A DNA stretch of 64,000 bases from a virus: UHGV virus genome UHGV-0125821. One strand, written 5' to 3'. Below are positions 28,737-38,380 of this stretch, piece by piece. Position numbers and translations under genes: made by a program. Each line of letters begins with the position of its first letter. Within the stretch, counting starts at the first letter, position 1. The notes beneath the pieces were generated by a model that searched no databases, had not been told where the DNA came from, and worked only from the letters and a program-made list of their open reading frames with translations.

Positions 28737-30244
28737 TGGCTGGCGGGCGCAAGATTAAATGCGTCACCAGAGATCCACGCTGGCGCGATATGGTAATCAA
28801 ATACCGCTACAACTTTACCCAGGCTGTTGTCGATATTTTTGGGATGTTCCCCTCCCAGCAGCAGCAGCAGATCATTCAGTCCGTACAGGAAACGGGGAGT
28901 AGGACTACCGTCACGTCCGGACACGGAACGGGGAAGTCGTCCCTTACCGCGATGTTGCTGTTGATTTTTATGATCCTGTTCCCCGATGCCCGTGTCATCA
29001 TTGTTGCTAACAAGATAGGCCAGGTAAAAACAGGCGTATTCAAATACGTTAAACAGTATTGGGCGAATGCAGTTAAGCGTCATGGGTGGTTGCAGACCTA
29101 TTTTGTCCTCTCTGACACCATGTTTTATGAGCGCTCCCGTAAGGGGATTTGGGAAGTTCTCTGCAAAGGTTATCGACTCGGCAACGAAGAAGCGCTGGCG
29201 GGGGAACACGCGGCACATTTGCTTCTAATTCTGGATGAAGCATCTGGTATATCTGATAAGGCGATCGGCGTAATGACCGGTGCTCTTACTGAAGAAGATA
29301 ACCGGATGTTGATGCTATCCCAGCCAACAAGGCCAAGTGGTTATTTCTACGATTCGCACCATTCTCGAGCAAAAACCCCAGACAACCCGAAAGGGATCTG
29401 GACAGCAATTGTTCTTAACTCGGAAGAATCACCGTTCGTCACACCACAATTCATCAAGGAGAAGCTTCTGGAATATGGCGGGCGCGATTCTATTGAGTAC
29501 ATGGTCAAGGTGCTTGGTCAGTTCCCACGAGAAATTAACGGCTATTTGCTTGGTCGTGATGAATGCGATCGCGCTGCTCGCCGCAAGGTGTTGTTGGAGA
29601 AAAACTGGGGATGGGTGGCAACGGCTGACGTTGGTAATGGGCGAGATAAGTCGGTCCTCAACATCTGCAAGGTATCAGGTCACAGGGATAAGCGGCGCGT
29701 TGTTAACTTTAAGGTAATGGAGATGCCTGGCACTATGGACCCATTGGCCTTTGCTGACTTCATATATAACGAATGTACGCCGGAAAAATACCCGAATATA
29801 ACAATCGCGGTTGATGCTGATGGTTTTGGTTCTGATACGTGTGCGCAGTTGGTGCGTCGTGGTGCGAACCCGGTACGTATTCGGTGGGGAAAACCCATGT
29901 TTGCGAACAAAGACAGGGAGCGATTTGTTAATCAGCGTGCCTACGCAAATATTATGGCGCGTGATGCCATAAAGTCAGGGCGTATGCGGATAGACAGTGA
30001 CCCTAAAACGGCAGAGCAAGCGTCAAAAATCCCCTTTTTACTGAATGAAGAAGGGAAAATGGCGATGATGCGCAAAGAGCACATGCGGCAAAAGCTAAAC
30101 ATCAAATCGCCTGACCGATGGGATACCTACTGCTTCACTATGCTGGTGGACTATGTGCCTGCTAATGAAGATATTGGTGCCGAAATGGCAACTTTCCGAG
30201 ATCAGGTTCTGGCGGATATCGAAATGCCGGATCTGGATATATAA
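28736..30244 (+). CDS. pacB: Terminase large subunit, P1 PacB-like
   Basis: 502 aa; terminase ATPase Walker A TSGHGTGKSS and Walker B LLLILDEASG motifs; overall match to my recollection of P1 PacB. Confidence 0.85.
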   Translation: MAGGRKIKCVTRDPRWRDMVIKYRYNFTQAVVDIFGMFPSQQQQQIIQSVQETGSRTTVTSGHGTGKSSLTAMLLLIFMILFPDARVIIVANKIGQVKTGVFKYVKQYWANAVKRHGWLQTYFVLSDTMFYERSRKGIWEVLCKGYRLGNEEALAGEHAAHLLLILDEASGISDKAIGVMTGALTEEDNRMLMLSQPTRPSGYFYDSHHSRAKTPDNPKGIWTAIVLNSEESPFVTPQFIKEKLLEYGGRDSIEYMVKVLGQFPREINGYLLGRDECDRAARRKVLLEKNWGWVATADVGNGRDKSVLNICKVSGHRDKRRVVNFKVMEMPGTMDPLAFADFIYNECTPEKYPNITIAVDADGFGSDTCAQLVRRGANPVRIRWGKPMFANKDRERFVNQRAYANIMARDAIKSGRMRIDSDPKTAEQASKIPFLLNEEGKMAMMRKEHMRQKLNIKSPDRWDTYCFTMLVDYVPANEDIGAEMATFRDQVLADIEMPDLDI

Positions 30245-30271
30245 AGCCCCGCGATGCGGGGCCGGTTGTGA

Positions 30272-31309
30272 TTACCAGAGCTTCGCGGCGTACTGCGTTT
30301 GGGGGAATGTGTATCCGTAACGTTCTTCGATTGCTTTGCCGTATTTTTTACGAGCTTCATTCAGTTTAATGCCGGTCAGGTCGTCTCCAGAGGCCATCAT
30401 TACGTCTAACAATTCCAGATCCATTTTATCCAGCCTTGCCATTGCTTCACGTGATGTACGTATCTTACGCTCAATGATATGGCGAATAGCCGGATCGGCA
30501 TCCTCCAGCATCTTAGCGGATTTCTGCTTAAGGCTTTCATTGCGAATATCGATGTTCCTTAAGATGTACGACTTCGCAACGTAGCTTGGCTGGTGTTTTT
30601 CCAGGTCACGAACACGATATAAGTTAAAATCGCCGAGAAGGCTGCAAGGTACCGATTCGACGCCAGAATAAATTGTAATGCTCCGGCGTTCACCAACATT
30701 ATTGACAACGGGGATCGTTGTCTTCGGTAGTCTTGCGAAAACCAATGCACCATGTGCGCCAACTCTAAAGCGAGAAAGGGCATTGCTGCCTTCGATGTTT
30801 GTTGTCAGCACAACATCTGTATATGCCTCTTTACGCGCCCGGTAGATCTCGCCTTCAGGCTCAGCTTCAAAGAAGCGCTGTTCTTCTTCAAGATCGCCTA
30901 CGATTTGAGAAAAAACCCTATTTTTCAGGCTTTTCTTTATGATTTTGTCGTATTTTTTTAGCAATTGTTCACGTGTAAATGTACGTGTTGTTGTAGCGCT
31001 TTGCACAACGACATGCGTGCTTTGATTGGTGTCCTCAATGATGAATGGGATCGGAGAATATACAGACTCAACAATGTTCGACGCTTTGCCGTCGGCATCG
31101 CGGCACATGTCAACGAAGGCTTTCCATTCAGCAAGACATTTTTCAGCTTCTTCTAATATGTTTTGGTCATGCGTTAATGCAACATGGCGGAATTCCTCGC
31201 CAGCATAACTGGTATCATGGAAAACAGAGTTTGCGACCACCAGCTCTTTCCACCGTTCAGCGGTTTGCAGGAACCGTTTGTACTCTTTCTCGATCGACTT
31301 CTTACTCAT
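30272..31309 (-). CDS. Hypothetical protein in the c1 position (candidate C1-type immunity repressor)
   Basis: 345-aa ORF between pacB and rox/dre, where c1 lies in P1; operator-like motif 13 nt upstream of its start; sequence not recognised. Confidence 0.5.
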   Translation of the reverse strand: MSKKSIEKEYKRFLQTAERWKELVVANSVFHDTSYAGEEFRHVALTHDQNILEEAEKCLAEWKAFVDMCRDADGKASNIVESVYSPIPFIIEDTNQSTHVVVQSATTTRTFTREQLLKKYDKIIKKSLKNRVFSQIVGDLEEEQRFFEAEPEGEIYRARKEAYTDVVLTTNIEGSNALSRFRVGAHGALVFARLPKTTIPVVNNVGERRSITIYSGVESVPCSLLGDFNLYRVRDLEKHQPSYVAKSYILRNIDIRNESLKQKSAKMLEDADPAIRHIIERKIRTSREAMARLDKMDLELLDVMMASGDDLTGIKLNEARKKYGKAIEERYGYTFPQTQYAAKLW

Positions 31310-31321
31310 TATTCCTACTCG

Positions 31322-31338
31322 ATTTAGTTTTCTAACAT
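31322..31338. promoter_or_regulatory. Operator-like motif ATTTAGTTTTCTAACAT at the 5-prime end of the c1-position gene
   Basis: Exact shared 15-mer; position suggests autoregulation. Confidence 0.45.
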
Positions 31339-31520
31339 AAAATTACTATGACAAATTTATGTCGAATAACAGAGTGAGTAAAGGATCGAACTGTGATTTT
31401 TTGTCATCAATTTTAGAAAACCAACCGTAGAAACCACACTTCGCAAATTAAAGACCATGAAGGCAACGTGTTACTGGTCATCATCAATCTATGATGGGTT
31501 AAAAAAAAATCGGCATTTTA

Positions 31521-31552
31521 TAACTTTAAATAATTGGCATTATTTAAAGTTA
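31521..31552. other. rox site (Dre recombinase target), 14-bp inverted repeats around a 4-bp spacer
   Basis: TAACTTTAAATAAT-TGGC-ATTATTTAAAGTTA is the reverse orientation of the rox sequence as I recall it; it can also be read as a 34-bp lox-like site with 13-bp arms; about 150 bp upstream of dre. Confidence 0.85.
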
Positions 31553-31704
31553 GGCTATAATCATGTGTAGATGAACAGTATTGACATCACTGAAAATACG
31601 TACCTCGAATCAAAGGCTTGTATTTTGAAAATTAACTTATAGCTACCCTGTCATTTTTATATTTTTCGCGTAGCATCATCTGTATATAGAGGTGAAATAG
31701 TTTC

Positions 31705-32733
31705 ATGAGTGAATTGATTATCTCTGGCAGTTCCGGTGGTTTTCTGCGCAACATTGGCAAAGAGTACCAGGAAGCCGCAGAAAACTTTATGCGGTTCATG
31801 AATGACCAGGGGGCTTATGCGCCGAATACTCTGCGCGACCTCCGGTTGGTGTTTCATTCCTGGGCGCGCTGGTGTCACGCTCGCCAGCTTGCCTGGTTTC
31901 CGATCTCACCAGAAATGGCCCGCGAGTATTTTCTTCAGTTGCATGATGCCGATCTGGCTTCGACCACCATTGATAAGCACTACGCCATGCTTAACATGCT
32001 GCTTTCTCATTGTGGCCTTCCGCCACTTTCGGATGATAAAAGTGTTTCTCTGGCTATGCGGCGTATCCGGCGCGAAGCGGCAACGGAAAAAGGCGAACGA
32101 ACAGGCCAGGCTATACCGCTGCGATGGGACGACCTGAAACTGCTCGACGTCCTGTTGTCCAGGTCAGAACGGCTGGTGGACCTGCGCAACCGGGCTTTTC
32201 TCTTTGTTGCATACAATACGCTGATGCGTATGTCGGAAATCTCGCGTATTCGTGTAGGAGATCTGGACCAAACAGGTGACACCGTCACGCTACATATTTC
32301 ACACACGAAGACAATAACGACCGCCGCCGGGCTTGATAAGGTGCTTTCCCGTCGCACTACTGCTGTGCTGAATGACTGGCTGGATGTTTCCGGGCTTCGT
32401 GAACATCCTGACGCGGTGCTGTTCCCGCCGATACACCGTAGCAATAAGGCCAGGATTACGACAACGCCCCTTACTGCACCTGCAATGGAGAAAATATTCA
32501 GCGACGCCTGGGTGTTGCTGAATAAAAGGGATGCCGCGCCAAACAAAGGGAGATACCGGACGTGGACCGGGCATAGTGCTCGTGTCGGGGCCGCTATCGA
32601 TATGGCTGAAAAGCAGGTGTCTATGGTGGAGATCATGCAGGAAGGAACCTGGAAGAAACCGGAAACACTTATGCGGTATCTGCGCCGTGGCGGTGTGTCT
32701 GTGGGGGCTAATAGCCGCTTGATGGATTCGTAG
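31705..32733 (+). CDS. dre: Tyrosine site-specific recombinase, Cre family (Dre-like)
   Basis: 342 aa; aligns with Cre across conserved blocks (FLFVAYNTLMRMSEISRIRVGDL versus Cre FLGIAYNTLLRIAEIARIRVKDI; WTGHSARVGAAIDMA); adjacent rox site. Confidence 0.9.
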   Translation: MSELIISGSSGGFLRNIGKEYQEAAENFMRFMNDQGAYAPNTLRDLRLVFHSWARWCHARQLAWFPISPEMAREYFLQLHDADLASTTIDKHYAMLNMLLSHCGLPPLSDDKSVSLAMRRIRREAATEKGERTGQAIPLRWDDLKLLDVLLSRSERLVDLRNRAFLFVAYNTLMRMSEISRIRVGDLDQTGDTVTLHISHTKTITTAAGLDKVLSRRTTAVLNDWLDVSGLREHPDAVLFPPIHRSNKARITTTPLTAPAMEKIFSDAWVLLNKRDAAPNKGRYRTWTGHSARVGAAIDMAEKQVSMVEIMQEGTWKKPETLMRYLRRGGVSVGANSRLMDS

Positions 32734-32734
32734 A

Positions 32735-32750
32735 TTAAATTTCTAACACA
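32735..32750. promoter_or_regulatory. Operator-like motif TTAAATTTCTAACACA
   Basis: Immediately after the dre stop and upstream of the next operon. Confidence 0.4.
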
Positions 32751-32806
32751 TCTTTTTAGATTGATGTCTTTGCTGTAAAGTACCCTCGCCTATTTCGGAG
32801 GGTGCT

Positions 32807-33151
32807 TTGCAGAGTCAAATCACGGAATCAAGACGCTTTAAGGTGGATGGTTACACCGTAACCTTCGCTGCTGGTGTTAAGAACAGTCATGCTGTCGTTG
32901 TATTCGGCATCATGACCGGGCTTGAGGCCGTCCCTGTGTTTACCCTCGAAAAAAACTGGCGAAATCTGGAGGAAGCAGAAAGCTACGTCCGGAAAGTAAC
33001 CATCATTGCCGCCGAAAAACTCCTGGCCCACTATCAGGAAAATTATCGCACTATGGTCGAGAAGATTAATCTCGCTTTCACTCGCCCCACTACCGGCTTT
33101 ATTGCACCGGATACTAATGCAGGTCGCTATCCTGCAAGGGGGCGTCGGTGA
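32807..33151 (+). CDS. Hypothetical protein
   Basis: 114-aa ORF (TTG start in track). Confidence 0.4.
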   Translation: MQSQITESRRFKVDGYTVTFAAGVKNSHAVVVFGIMTGLEAVPVFTLEKNWRNLEEAESYVRKVTIIAAEKLLAHYQENYRTMVEKINLAFTRPTTGFIAPDTNAGRYPARGRR

Positions 33152-33624
33152 AAACTTATTACCCATCTCTGAATTGTTACCCGTCTTCCTATCCAGGATT
33201 GTCCGGGAAGCTGTTAGCTCTATTAGCTAAAGCACCTACGGAATGGTTTAAGCCAGTCGTTATCAATCCACACTTCCTGGATTACGGATCTGTTCGCACT
33301 CGTAACGAACTCAAAAACTTACTGGCGCATGGATTCATTCGACACCGTGCCGGTAAAGGCTATCAGTTATCGATTGCGCCAGAAGAGGCCGTGCGGCTAT
33401 TCGCATATCGTGACAGCCAGACAAAAGCTCGGGTAATAGCTCAAATACTTCATAACGGCAGCACCTATGCCCGCCAGTTTGGCGGCGACACGTCGCAGTT
33501 CTTGCGGGCGGTGCGATCGCTGGAGGAGCAAGGAGTTATTGAAAGTTCCTGTCTTCCTGTTCCTACCGTTCCACATATCAAACGTCGGGTTTACACCTTC
33601 ACGCAGAGAGCTAAAAAACAATGA
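33148..33624 (+). CDS. Hypothetical protein, possible winged-helix DNA binder
   Basis: 158 aa; 4-nt overlaps with both neighbours. Confidence 0.5.
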   Translation: MKTYYPSLNCYPSSYPGLSGKLLALLAKAPTEWFKPVVINPHFLDYGSVRTRNELKNLLAHGFIRHRAGKGYQLSIAPEEAVRLFAYRDSQTKARVIAQILHNGSTYARQFGGDTSQFLRAVRSLEEQGVIESSCLPVPTVPHIKRRVYTFTQRAKKQ

Positions 33625-34115
33625 TTTACGTAAAAGTGAAACGCCTACATCCGGCAGCAAAACTTCCAGCTTATGCCACCTCCGGATCGGCGGCGATGGA
33701 TTTTGAGGCTGTTGAAATAAAACCATGTGTCGATAGCAATGGTGCAATTTCCTCAAGCTGGTGGGTATACACCGGACTGGCTATGGAGATCCCGCCCGGC
33801 TGGTGTCTGAAACTCTATCCGCGTTCCGGATTGGGCTGCAAAAAACATACTCGCCTGGCTAACTGCGTAGGAATTATCGACTCCGATTATCGCGGTGAAA
33901 TCATGGCAAAACTGATTACAGATCCCGGTGGTGAAGGCGTTTGCCTCAAGCCAGGAATGGCGGTCATGCAAGGCATTTTTGAGCGTGTTGAACCGGTATC
34001 GCTGGTAGAAGTTGATGAACTCGATGAAACAGAGCGAGGCGCTGGTGGCTTTGGTAGCACATCGGAAGACCGCGTTGAAATCAAGCGTACACCGCTTCAG
34101 TACGCAAAGTTTTAA
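33621..34115 (+). CDS. dut: dUTP pyrophosphatase (dUTPase)
   Basis: Conserved dUTPase motifs GIIDSDYRGE and RGAGGFGSTS. Confidence 0.85.
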   Translation: MIYVKVKRLHPAAKLPAYATSGSAAMDFEAVEIKPCVDSNGAISSSWWVYTGLAMEIPPGWCLKLYPRSGLGCKKHTRLANCVGIIDSDYRGEIMAKLITDPGGEGVCLKPGMAVMQGIFERVEPVSLVEVDELDETERGAGGFGSTSEDRVEIKRTPLQYAKF

Positions 34116-34129
34116 GTAGAGGAAGGATT

Positions 34130-34792
34130 ATGGTCAGCACTTTTCAGGTGTTCCCCAAATACAAATGCCACAGCATCATTCGGGCATCGAAAATCAAAGA
34201 TATTGTTATTGTCGGCAAAGCTTATGCGCCCATTTTTGGCAGTATCGAAGTCGTTGAGCCAAAAGGAATGACGCTTCGTGTTGATGGTGTGTTCTTGGAA
34301 AAATTCCGACCGCAAATAGGAGGATATCTCGTCACTGCTGAAAATGGCTATCTGGTCTATGTGCCAGAGAAAGCATTTGAAAAATGCTATAGCCGGGTTA
34401 ACGACGCCTCCGAAAATGGGGTATCGCTCAGCATTGAAGGTCACAATGGGGTGACATTCATTACAGCCAGGGACGTAACTATTTCTGCTGGCGGTATCGC
34501 TACTCTACAAGAAGAAATCGACCTTGAAGCAGCCGACTTTTCTGACGCGCTGATGTGGCTGAAGGATGGCAAGAAAGTTGCCCGGCGCGGGTGGAACGGC
34601 GAAAACCAATTCTGCTGGCTGGTTCCTGAAGGACAGTACCCGGCACGAATGGAAGCCATTAAGGGATATTTCCCCGGCGATCTCGTTCCGTATGGTGCTT
34701 ATTTCGCCTTAAAAAATGCACAAGGTGTAGTTGTTCCGTGGTTGCCTTCTGTAGGCGACTTACTGGCATGTGACTGGTTTGTAGTGGAGTGA
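34130..34792 (+). CDS. Two-domain protein with C-terminal DUF2829 (Tad2-like) domain
   Basis: C-terminal DALMWLKDGKKVARRGWNG...VVPWLPSVGDLLACDWFVV fits the DUF2829 pattern; N-terminal about 130 aa unassigned. Confidence 0.5.
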   Translation: MVSTFQVFPKYKCHSIIRASKIKDIVIVGKAYAPIFGSIEVVEPKGMTLRVDGVFLEKFRPQIGGYLVTAENGYLVYVPEKAFEKCYSRVNDASENGVSLSIEGHNGVTFITARDVTISAGGIATLQEEIDLEAADFSDALMWLKDGKKVARRGWNGENQFCWLVPEGQYPARMEAIKGYFPGDLVPYGAYFALKNAQGVVVPWLPSVGDLLACDWFVVE

Positions 34793-34798
34793 TTTAAC

Positions 34799-35599
34799 GT
34801 GGAAAATACTAAAGCAATTCAATACCGCTTGCGTAATGGCCTGCTGGTGGCTGTGAACGCCGACATGTCACTGCCGTTTGACACGATTGAACGTACTATC
34901 ATGACGTATCTCGGCTTTAATGAAGAGCTGAATGAAGAGCATGGCGTAGCTATATGGAGTGATGCAGAAAGCGGCGTTCATCGTTACATCACCGCCAGGG
35001 GCAAAGACTACTCTCTGGAAGAACTGTTTACCCTTGCACAGTCTTTCGAATGTGTAGCATTAGACATGTTTAATGATCCTGCTATAGCGCAACGACTTAT
35101 ACGCGAGCTTGGGCTATCCGTTACACCAATTATCTTTAAGAATGGCAGCCTGACTGGCACATGGCGCGTAGAACGCATCTCAAACTACCTTCCATATAAC
35201 CGACAGTTAAATGGAGTAATCTCCGGCGTTAATCAGCCCGTAGCGTGTGAAAATGTAAACCTGGTTGCCGCTGTTTTGGCAACCGCATGTCGTGTTATCG
35301 GTTTGGCTAAACAGGCATTTATTCATTTCCCAAATGGTGCAGAAGGTAGCGCAGAGATTATCGCGTGTGATTTCGAATTTACCTGGATGCTACGCGAATA
35401 TCTGGACCAAACAGTATTCCGTGCCGAAGAACTGGATATGTATATCACGTCAACGATTCCAGACGATGTGCGAGCTGAAGCAATCGCTACAGCCAGGGCG
35501 AAATGCCGTGCGGCGATTGCAGAGCAGGCCAAAGAAGAACCGTCCGATGAAGCCGTGGCTGATGTTGAAGCAGAGGTAGCGGAGGATGCTGACGCCTAA
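34799..35599 (+). CDS. Hypothetical protein
   Basis: 266-aa ORF (GTG start in track); acidic C-terminus. Confidence 0.5.
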   Translation: MENTKAIQYRLRNGLLVAVNADMSLPFDTIERTIMTYLGFNEELNEEHGVAIWSDAESGVHRYITARGKDYSLEELFTLAQSFECVALDMFNDPAIAQRLIRELGLSVTPIIFKNGSLTGTWRVERISNYLPYNRQLNGVISGVNQPVACENVNLVAAVLATACRVIGLAKQAFIHFPNGAEGSAEIIACDFEFTWMLREYLDQTVFRAEELDMYITSTIPDDVRAEAIATARAKCRAAIAEQAKEEPSDEAVADVEAEVAEDADA

Positions 35600-35653
35600 A
35601 AACATCACCGAATTAGCTGGCTGACAGCAGAAAAAATCATTGAGTGATAGTAG

Positions 35654-35685
35654 GAAGCCCGCCTGGTTGAGCGGGCTTCTTTTCA
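35654..35685 (+). terminator. Rho-independent terminator between convergent genes
   Basis: GAAGCCCGC-CTGGTTGA-GCGGGCTTC followed by TTTTC. Confidence 0.7.
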
Positions 35686-36063
35686 AATATTGGAACCAAA
35701 TAATTCACGTAGTTTTTCCGCTACTGAAGATACGGGGATTTCTCCAGTTGCGGCCCCCACCGCAAGTTCCACCAGCACGGGAGAATCATATACCTGTATA
35801 CCGTTACGGCGTAGAAATAGCAGCGCACTGTTTAGCGCGGTACGCTTATTGGCATCATTGAATATATGCCCTCTCGCCGTAGCCACCAGGTAGGTGGCGG
35901 AGACTTCGAAAAGGTCGGTGATCTCTTCGTAGGCAACTCTGGCCTGAACTCTCCCGATAATGGCCTCTGCCCTACCCGGATCTGACATTCCCGGCAGGCC
36001 GCCGTAGCGGCTTATATTCGCATCATGAAGCGCAATAAGTTCTTCCGGTGATATATGCCTCAT
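35683..36063 (-). CDS. doc: Doc toxin (Fic-fold kinase; death on curing)
   Basis: Near-identical over most of its length to P1 Doc as I recall it ([22 protein letters not shown]...[13 protein letters not shown]). Confidence 0.95.
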
Positions 36064-36290
36064 TATCGGTTAACCAGTTCCTTGTTGGTGGAGTCCAGGG
36101 TGTCAAACAGGGATGCAAATTCAGCATCCAGCGCCGCTTTTTTGTAGGCTTCAAAAGTAGCCTTGCTGACAATTACTGCTGGCTCTCGGCCTCTGCGGGT
36201 GATTTCAACCTCTTCCCCGGCTTCAACATTGTTGAGCACTTCAGAAAGGTTGCCGCGCGCGGTACGGAAGTTAATGGATTGCATAAACAC
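36063..36290 (-). CDS. phd: Phd antitoxin (prevents host death)
   Basis: [32 protein letters not shown]... matches P1 Phd; stop overlaps the doc start. Confidence 0.9.
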
Positions 36291-36392
36291 CTCGTGTGCT
36301 CGTTATGTGTACGCAATTATAGGTTTTAATGATGCTGAATACCACTTCTTGGTGCCTTAAATCCTCGAGATGCAGTCTTGCAATTGCTGGGA

Positions 36393-36815
36393 TTAAGCAG
36401 AATAAGTGGTTGGAATTCTGAGCAGTAATCCAATCTTGGCTATGTGTGCATATGGCAGCTCTCCGGTTTTACCATCATGTATCGAGGCTATCAGATTCAA
36501 TTCTTGCGCCGCTTTACGAATTTCAGTTTCTGATGGAACAAGGCGAAAACCGGTGTGTAACATTTTGATATAGAAAGGTAATAGTTCGTACTTCACCCGT
36601 AACTGTGCTGCCGCATCTTTCAAATCATGGATGATTTCTTGTTTTAAGTCAGAGCGGGGATTCGATAGCTTTGCTTGGTTAGACAATAACAGATGCGATA
36701 TTTCCCCCAACTGTTCCTTGAATGAAATGTAAGACTCAACCCCCTTGATGATGAGTCGACCTAGGACAAAAACGCTTACTCCAGTGACAACAGTGACAAA
36801 AGCAGACGAACTCAT
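36393..36815 (-). CDS. Hypothetical membrane-anchored protein
   Basis: 140 aa with N-terminal TM helix; moderately AT-rich; downstream of doc. Confidence 0.45.
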   Translation of the reverse strand: MSSSAFVTVVTGVSVFVLGRLIIKGVESYISFKEQLGEISHLLLSNQAKLSNPRSDLKQEIIHDLKDAAAQLRVKYELLPFYIKMLHTGFRLVPSETEIRKAAQELNLIASIHDGKTGELPYAHIAKIGLLLRIPTTYSA

Positions 36816-36949
36816 TCGCGTACCTAAAAAGAGAATTATAACCTCATCTTATCTTCAAGTGAGTAACCGCGTCTAATGGGAGGAATCATTTAAATGGCCA
36901 GGGCGATATAGAGCCAGTCATGCCTCTCTATGGTTTCTCTGAAAACAAA

Positions 36950-37339
36950 TCATATAGCAGGACTATCATCAAATTCACCGCCCCTGGCGTCATTGATAAT
37001 GTGGGTGATCACACCAAAAACAGCATTACTACCCGTGTAACCATCGTCATCTACTGGTAACGCCTCTTTCTTCCCGGTGCTTAAATCCTCCAGGTGCTGG
37101 CGCGGATACTTCCGGTATCTTTTTACGCGATATTCCCCCTCCATAGCGCATATAAGCAGTGAGCCATCAACCGGAGTAAGTGAGGAATCAACCACCAGCA
37201 AAGCACCTTGCAATATTCCCTCACGGTGATGGCTGTCTGCCGCCCGCATGAAGTAGGTCGCTGAAGGATGTCTGATTAGTTGCTGATCAAGAGAAATACG
37301 GCTCTCTGCATAATCCGCCGCAGGAGAAGGGAAGCCCAT
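36950..37339 (-). CDS. humD: UmuD-prime-like SOS mutagenesis protein homolog (HumD-like, S24 peptidase fold)
   Basis: GFPSPAADY...HPSATYF...LLVVD...GEYRVKR...VFGVITHII aligns with UmuD lacking its N-terminal arm. Confidence 0.8.
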   Translation of the reverse strand: MGFPSPAADYAESRISLDQQLIRHPSATYFMRAADSHHREGILQGALLVVDSSLTPVDGSLLICAMEGEYRVKRYRKYPRQHLEDLSTGKKEALPVDDDGYTGSNAVFGVITHIINDARGGEFDDSPAI

Positions 37340-37438
37340 AGCGTTTTACCTCAATGATACTGTTTATTCATACAGTATACATTGAAAAGGCATAGTTTGT
37401 GAAAGCGGGGTTTGCAGGCGCGCCACGCTGGGGGCTAA

Positions 37439-37831
37439 TCACATTGGTGGCGTGAACTTGCCATTCATATATTGCAAAATGCTTGACTCAATTTTTTCAT
37501 TAAAATCAGAATGATGCTCCTCAAGGACAAAGCGCGCCTTATTGTTGCGCACAATAACCTCCGCCAACGGACTAACCAGAGATGTGGAGTTAGAGATTTT
37601 CTCGGCGCGCTCTACATCGCTTTTAAACGTTACGATGAAGTGCTGGTGGCCTGGTGACCGGCGACACAACATGCGTCGCACTTCCACGGTATCTTCACGG
37701 CCTTGAGTATGTACAGGAAAGCTATCGACCACCGCTGTATTGGTGCGGATTGTCTGCATAGAACGCGTGTTGTCGTGATAGTTAAGCATGTTTAATGTCT
37801 TCCCCATCTTGCCGTTATTTTCTTGGTGCAT
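37439..37831 (-). CDS. Hypothetical protein
   Basis: 130-aa ORF in the minus-strand operon. Confidence 0.4.
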   Translation of the reverse strand: MHQENNGKMGKTLNMLNYHDNTRSMQTIRTNTAVVDSFPVHTQGREDTVEVRRMLCRRSPGHQHFIVTFKSDVERAEKISNSTSLVSPLAEVIVRNNKARFVLEEHHSDFNEKIESSILQYMNGKFTPPM

Positions 37832-38066
37832 CCTCGTTCTGATACACCGGATGGCTCCCTTTTGGCAACTGGAGGCTTAACTGCCGGTAGTGCCGTAACC
37901 GTTCCATGAAATAGGTGCGCAGGTTCTCTGGTTGCTCGCGGGCTACCTGTTCAGCCATGACAGGTATGTTCAATCGCTCTTTGTACGCCACACCGCTGGC
38001 AGCCAGATCAACGTTAACCTTATCCCGTTCTTCCTGACTTTTAGCTGCAATATTCCAGTCGCTCAT
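37815..38066 (-). CDS. Hypothetical protein
   Basis: 83-aa ORF. Confidence 0.4.
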   Translation of the reverse strand: MSDWNIAAKSQEERDKVNVDLAASGVAYKERLNIPVMAEQVAREQPENLRTYFMERLRHYRQLSLQLPKGSHPVYQNEDAPRK

Positions 38067-38068
38067 AT

Positions 38069-38341
38069 TTAAGGCTCACATTTCCAGATGGTATTCTGAA
38101 CACCCGAACCGGGCGCAAGATTAGGGTTAGCGTTCGCGCTATGCTGATATACTGCTTTAGACTTCCCATATTGCTGACAGGCTTTATCTGCGGTTTTTTG
38201 CAGGCTATCCAGGCCATACCAACCATCTGACTGTATGCTTACCTTTTCACCGTCGTTGTATTGCACCATTGCACACCCAGATATAGCCAGTATCGCGCCG
38301 ACAATAACGCTTTTCCATAAAACTCTATGCAACATATACAA
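38069..38341 (-). CDS. Small lipoprotein
   Basis: 90 aa; signal peptide with lipobox AISGC. Confidence 0.5.
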   Translation of the reverse strand: MYMLHRVLWKSVIVGAILAISGCAMVQYNDGEKVSIQSDGWYGLDSLQKTADKACQQYGKSKAVYQHSANANPNLAPGSGVQNTIWKCEP

Positions 38342-38380
38342 AAATCCCCTCTGTGAATTGAGGGGATTTTAGCATGGTGA

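Noticed and set aside
30247-30265. Hairpin GCCCCGC-GATG-CGGGGC after pacB as a terminator
   Set aside because: No T-run on the plus strand and only a weak one on the minus strand; left uncalled.
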